From the NCBI GenBank assembly GCA_032718475.1, contig JAUCBJ010000246.1, positions 1 through 64,000 of the forward strand: 64,000 nt of DNA, written 5' to 3'. The position numbers and the translations under genes are program-made. The notes under the pieces are model-generated. The model was not told the DNA's origin. It did not search any database and saw only the letters and a program-made list of their open reading frames with translations. Within the stretch, counting starts at the first letter, position 1; each line of letters opens with the position of its first letter. The DNA is from Nemertoderma westbladi (taxonomy: Eukaryota > Animalia > Xenacoelomorpha). Positions 61,101 through 64,000 of this stretch are shown in pieces.

Positions 61101-62432
61101 CGGTTTTTAACCCCGTTTCGCAACGTGGATAGCCAATTCAAAGACCGCGCTTTGACCAAGCTCAGCTTAAGAGACTCGGGTGCAGAGAAGTTAGATAGCG
61201 CTGGATTCGCTATTTTCAGAGACATTTGTATAATAAACCTGCACTCCTCGGTTATTCAAAGACCTCGGATCCCCACCGGTTATTCTGTCGTGGAAATTCA
61301 GACGGTAGGTCCACTAGAGGAGACGGCCATACCTACCTCAACTATACAAGGGGAAGACGAACCCATATGTTTAGAATCTGAAGAGATTCAGCCCCCCACG
61401 TCTCGGAGTAGCGATAGCGACTACATATTGGAATGGTATCAAGGTCCCCAGTGTCTTACTGCGTATGATTATCGCCATGCCAATTATGTTTCTAGACAAC
61501 GTTGTCGGCTGTGCGCATCGAGAGATCATATTACGTCTATGGACACCAACGATCTTTGTTCCTATTTCCACGAGCAACCGTCGATGGAAATCTATTGTGC
61601 ATATTGTCGGCTTAATAATTTGCACATTTTTGCTGTCTGCCCCCAATTTATGACTCAATGCCATCATTGTCAATTAAAGGGACACGCCAGCTTTGATTGC
61701 CCCTTCAACCATGATTTAGAGAGCGTAGATGAAATGATTGTACTACGTTATATCAGAGCTTGGGAAGCGAACGCTGATTTACATTGTGATTCACGCCATC
61801 GCTATTATCCTGGACGCGCCTACGAAGGAGTTTATGCGTTCCATCCATATTTGTTTGCCTCCGTCGAGCAGAAATCGCGCCTATCAAGTTATGAACTATT
61901 GAAGCGCGTTGGAGAATGTATTTCAACCAAATATGTACGCAAATTCCTCAGGAGCATTAATCCGAGTGACATCCATTCTTACAACTTAATAAACTTTATC
62001 TGTCAAGACCCTGCATATGGAGACTTATTCGTCAACTCACACCCTGAGTTACAAGAAGTATATCGACGGCCTTACGAGTACCGAGCCCGCGAACGCGAGT
62101 TGGAAAGAACCATTAAACCAAGGAAGTTTCTAACTACCTATGGTCCACCCACGGCCCTCGTGCAGACCACTCGTACAGGACCCGTAAGAGCGGCTGTCTT
62201 GAAACGAGCTCTCAAAGCCGCTAGACCCCTCTCCCCGGACGTTGAGGTCAATCAACCCGGTACTTCGACCGGCGGATATACCGATCGCAATCCCATACCT
62301 TCTGATGCAATCATATTGCACCCTTCACCCAGGAGTTATAGCCCTCCTCGTAAAGTGGCTCGCCCCAAAGAGAAAAGGACTCTTGCTAGCTTTAAAAAGC
62401 TGCGTAAACGCCGTCCGCGCAAGAAAGACTAA
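58179..62432 (+). CDS. Intact 1417-aa accessory ORF3: CxxC..CxxH finger, coiled coil, DEDDy 3'-5' exonuclease-like domain, three C-terminal Cys/His fingers, basic tail
   Basis: VVTYDNEG (ExoI), LPQPVLEMLFNERIVKIGSAVYGD (ExoII), FVDTQLIA, SIGHLA..YGWNFK, PL..LAIYTIFE (ExoIII-like). CRLC..H..C, CAYC..H..C, CHHCQLKGHASFDC. KKLRKRRPRKK. The ORF is certain; the domain call is by motif recognition. Confidence 0.85.
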   Translation: MMELIEDDLGIRERYTLPLQAFVDSLIRGEADPTITEDDGRYIEPPMSQEQLTREVDYRKFTARYTNRNGTYMDFLTTGHPTDLHDTDDVDTEREMVLFKYHTQRNRNDKPRIEHENSIRNLLDRENVEEPDKRINFNDYVEFLRETYLNIASQQNLETRYPQGIHHDPMVELKRLYFTMMYLTADRPLPVVPDSFEQMEEYCKTGERSPAFPLQDVRLWYYCDSCPRPNQQTERHKHPRRRCAKHSFTRYTYGSFERNLFDVSPTIARLKRSLNKPMIRVPEYSVRPPHFPVRPQTLDPNSLTDPPELYSLFKDLVLPEQLIGGVPEVGSLDIRPSYLTGLGRGHLTSPFNPYNRPGLTPIQPATEVEESVIRNALDAIRQKIGKGTQDFLEKRKLQQQVQSVKELALPQFDREIQNLEEDIELGRTYSLQEFLEERLQKQAEENQMEERHTEMDEREEAALAQPETQILITDLYSKTVRHPSMVPHFGDKLFAKIQPQPVDISIRSQNLIADAPMLQHPPIEAARVDGILVEPPDNRADLVRRMVHDVNIRARPLQNSFYGIKDHPYYVNLTQYYMVKPEDPTHDLKFLPLINPLDIVELEQLQKHLDQLVKANSFRKPYNVSRIEKDTEPPYNLDGFIKTRLVHWNLDVLFEEEKIQRYGNVETYTTRYMKYSDLPDANQCATLWHPVGMTLENATKEWNETLNIIEMYGVVTYDNEGSVPIGELGTTRMIHIRGLAGSTHVFTRACSDVIDYSFETLTETQKNLRHGQFELAQRYVIDTERKPAMGIDGSMLPQPVLEMLFNERIVKIGSAVYGDLQNDFRNMENIPYPFVDTQLIAPWAEGRGFFRTMYANVSSNITKVQRTSIGHLAFQEYGWNFKVGNPINYQQVYGDHYSRLYFDGPLTAPGAVYSFMSVPLRPSLAIYTIFENTALSGWLSDVCSRTIRAHPLILGTKLAKLDEHNKFIRFECFRRFLTPFRNVDSQFKDRALTKLSLRDSGAEKLDSAGFAIFRDICIINLHSSVIQRPRIPTGYSVVEIQTVGPLEETAIPTSTIQGEDEPICLESEEIQPPTSRSSDSDYILEWYQGPQCLTAYDYRHANYVSRQRCRLCASRDHITSMDTNDLCSYFHEQPSMEIYCAYCRLNNLHIFAVCPQFMTQCHHCQLKGHASFDCPFNHDLESVDEMIVLRYIRAWEANADLHCDSRHRYYPGRAYEGVYAFHPYLFASVEQKSRLSSYELLKRVGECISTKYVRKFLRSINPSDIHSYNLINFICQDPAYGDLFVNSHPELQEVYRRPYEYRARERELERTIKPRKFLTTYGPPTALVQTTRTGPVRAAVLKRALKAARPLSPDVEVNQPGTSTGGYTDRNPIPSDAIILHPSPRSYSPPRKVARPKEKRTLASFKKLRKRRPRKKD

Positions 62433-62502
62433 CTGTTTAGAGTATTTTTATATTTTAGAAACTGTGATTTTGTATATTTTATAGACTTAAATCCCATTTT
62501 CT

Positions 62503-62510
62503 GGGAGCGG
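62503..62510 (+). other. Polypurine tract
   Basis: GGGAGCGG directly before the TGT of the 3' LTR, overlapping a small TCCCA-N5-TGGGA hairpin. Confidence 0.85.
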
Positions 62511-63755
62511 TGTAAAAGCTTTTGTGGGATAACTGATACGTTTGCCTTTGCTGGCCAGTTCCCCCCAGGCGCTGGAATACTCTAAAAAGGTTTTCTAACT
62601 GTATATAGATTCCCCTCGCCCGCAAGGTACCTTTACAGGTGTTTTAACGGACATAAAAATCATTCTGCTATATACGTGTTTTGGCGGACATGGTAAGGCA
62701 AAAAACCTGTAATGCACCAACTACCTTTCACAGCTTAGCCGTGATAATTCATATTACGACATCTAACAGCTGGTTGCTGACATGGAAACAGCCATTGGAT
62801 GTATGGTTCTTTGTTTGGCTTGAGCCAATCAGAGCGATTTTTCCTGTCGACGTGTAGCTTTTAGTCGATCATAAGGAGAGTGTTCAGTCTTACAGTTTCT
62901 TACTTGATACTTTGTTGTTATTGCTGTCTAAGCCAGAAACACCGGCCTTTCGGTAAGAACTCTAGTAAACTGCTTGAATTATCGAGAGTATAAACTGTTA
63001 CCTTAACGAATCGAACCTTAACGCATCTTAACATACTTACTTAATTTAATTGCATTAATCATATTGTTTGTACTGTTATTTTACCGTCAGTTATTAATTG
63101 TACCTATTTGTTGATGGAAATATTGCTCTTTGGATAATACGGATAAATCACCCAAATTCCCAATTTTCTTGATACACTACAGGTTAGAGAGACCGGTTAT
63201 ACATAACAATTGCGATTTATATTAATGTGGTGTGTATTGAATCCAATGTTATTTAGCAGACCCTACGTGAGTCAATTACTGCTCTCTTTATGTGTGATCA
63301 AATATACTGACTGTCGGCAGAATAGTGTGTATGATCGTGATTGGTAACAAAGTATTTCCTAAAGAATACGCTTTATACTTTAATCATAAGCAGTATCGTT
63401 GCGTTTTAGTATAAGTCTTAGTTCTGTTTAAATAGATAAAGCGCCACGTCCTAAAGGAACTGTTAATATTTCCCGAAAGCCAATAATATCTGTCAGAGAT
63501 TAATTTATTAACGATCTATCGAATGGTATAGTAGGTATACACTGCAACCTTACACTGCAATAATAAAATTCAAGCATCCGAATTCAGCCTCCCGGGTGTA
63601 GATCCATCGGGTGAATGATCGCGCATGGGCTGCCTTCGGCTAATGTTTTGCGTATTAGCATAAAATATTGTCGTATGCTAAAGTGGTTTTAATTAACTAA
63701 AAGACATATAAATTTTGGCAGGTTAAACTGCTAAAGGTCTTCAAAAGCGCGAACA
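62511..63755 (+). repeat. 3' LTR
   Basis: Copy of 45142-46386, followed by TSD ATAAT. Confidence 0.97.
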
Positions 63756-64000
63756 ATAATAGAGTAGATGGTGGAGAATTGCACTGAATCGGGGGAAGAA
63801 GACGTGCTCAACCGCCCTGAACGCATATACTGTATGTAATGTGGTGTTTCTGTTTAAATATAGAGAACCAAGCAAGTTGAATAAAAGGTAGCCAACAACT
63901 AGGCAGTAACAACTTGGCGCGGTTCGCTGCTGCGCCCGATGGACCGTGATCTCCATCTCTTCCATATCTCGTATCGCCTCTAGATTGACGTCGTTACACT

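Larger units (their letters stand above)
45142..63755 (+). mobile_element. Full-length 18.6-kb Bel/Pao LTR retrotransposon with extra ORF3; TSD ATAAT
   Basis: 1245-bp LTRs (TGTAAA...GAACA). ATAAT at 45137-45141 and 63756-63760. Domain order gag-PR-RT-RH-IN. PPT GGGAGCGG before the 3' LTR. Confidence 0.97.

Noticed and set aside
58179-62432. ORF3 as an envelope glycoprotein
   Set aside because: No signal peptide, no C-terminal transmembrane helix, and it carries nuclease-like and zinc-finger motifs.

Overview
Eukaryotic, probably metazoan invertebrate, AT-rich DNA made almost entirely of nested transposable elements. I found no intact host gene, rRNA, true tRNA or CRISPR array. From left to right: (1) the 3' part of a Bel/Pao LTR retrotransposon with an accessory ORF (1-3429); (2) an IS3EU-like DDE transposon with inverted tandem arrays (3431-7950); (3) a Sola2-like transposase split by a 2-kb TIR element; (4) tRNA-derived SINEs; (5) a truncated tRNA-Gln-primed Gypsy element; (6) Penelope and RTE fragments; (7) a complete Gag-protease-only Bel/Pao element (28012-35652, TSD TCCCC) nested in a relative; (8) a Sola1-like transposase; (9) a complete 18.6-kb Bel/Pao element (45142-63755, 1245-bp LTRs, TSD ATAAT) with a 1417-aa extra ORF. 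Main result: all three Bel/Pao 5' LTRs visible here lack a tRNA PBS. In each, the bases directly after the LTR are the exact reverse complement of a segment inside that element's own LTR (13, 9 and 9 nt). In the two related elements both partners have changed together. This suggests tRNA-independent self-priming in a Bel/Pao lineage. The large element's extra ORF carries a DEDDy (WRN/Mut-7-like) 3'-5' exonuclease-like domain plus zinc fingers, which could mature the primer (inference). Many frameshifts fall in G/C homopolymer runs and may be sequencing errors. All family assignments come from motif recognition by eye; no database search was run.
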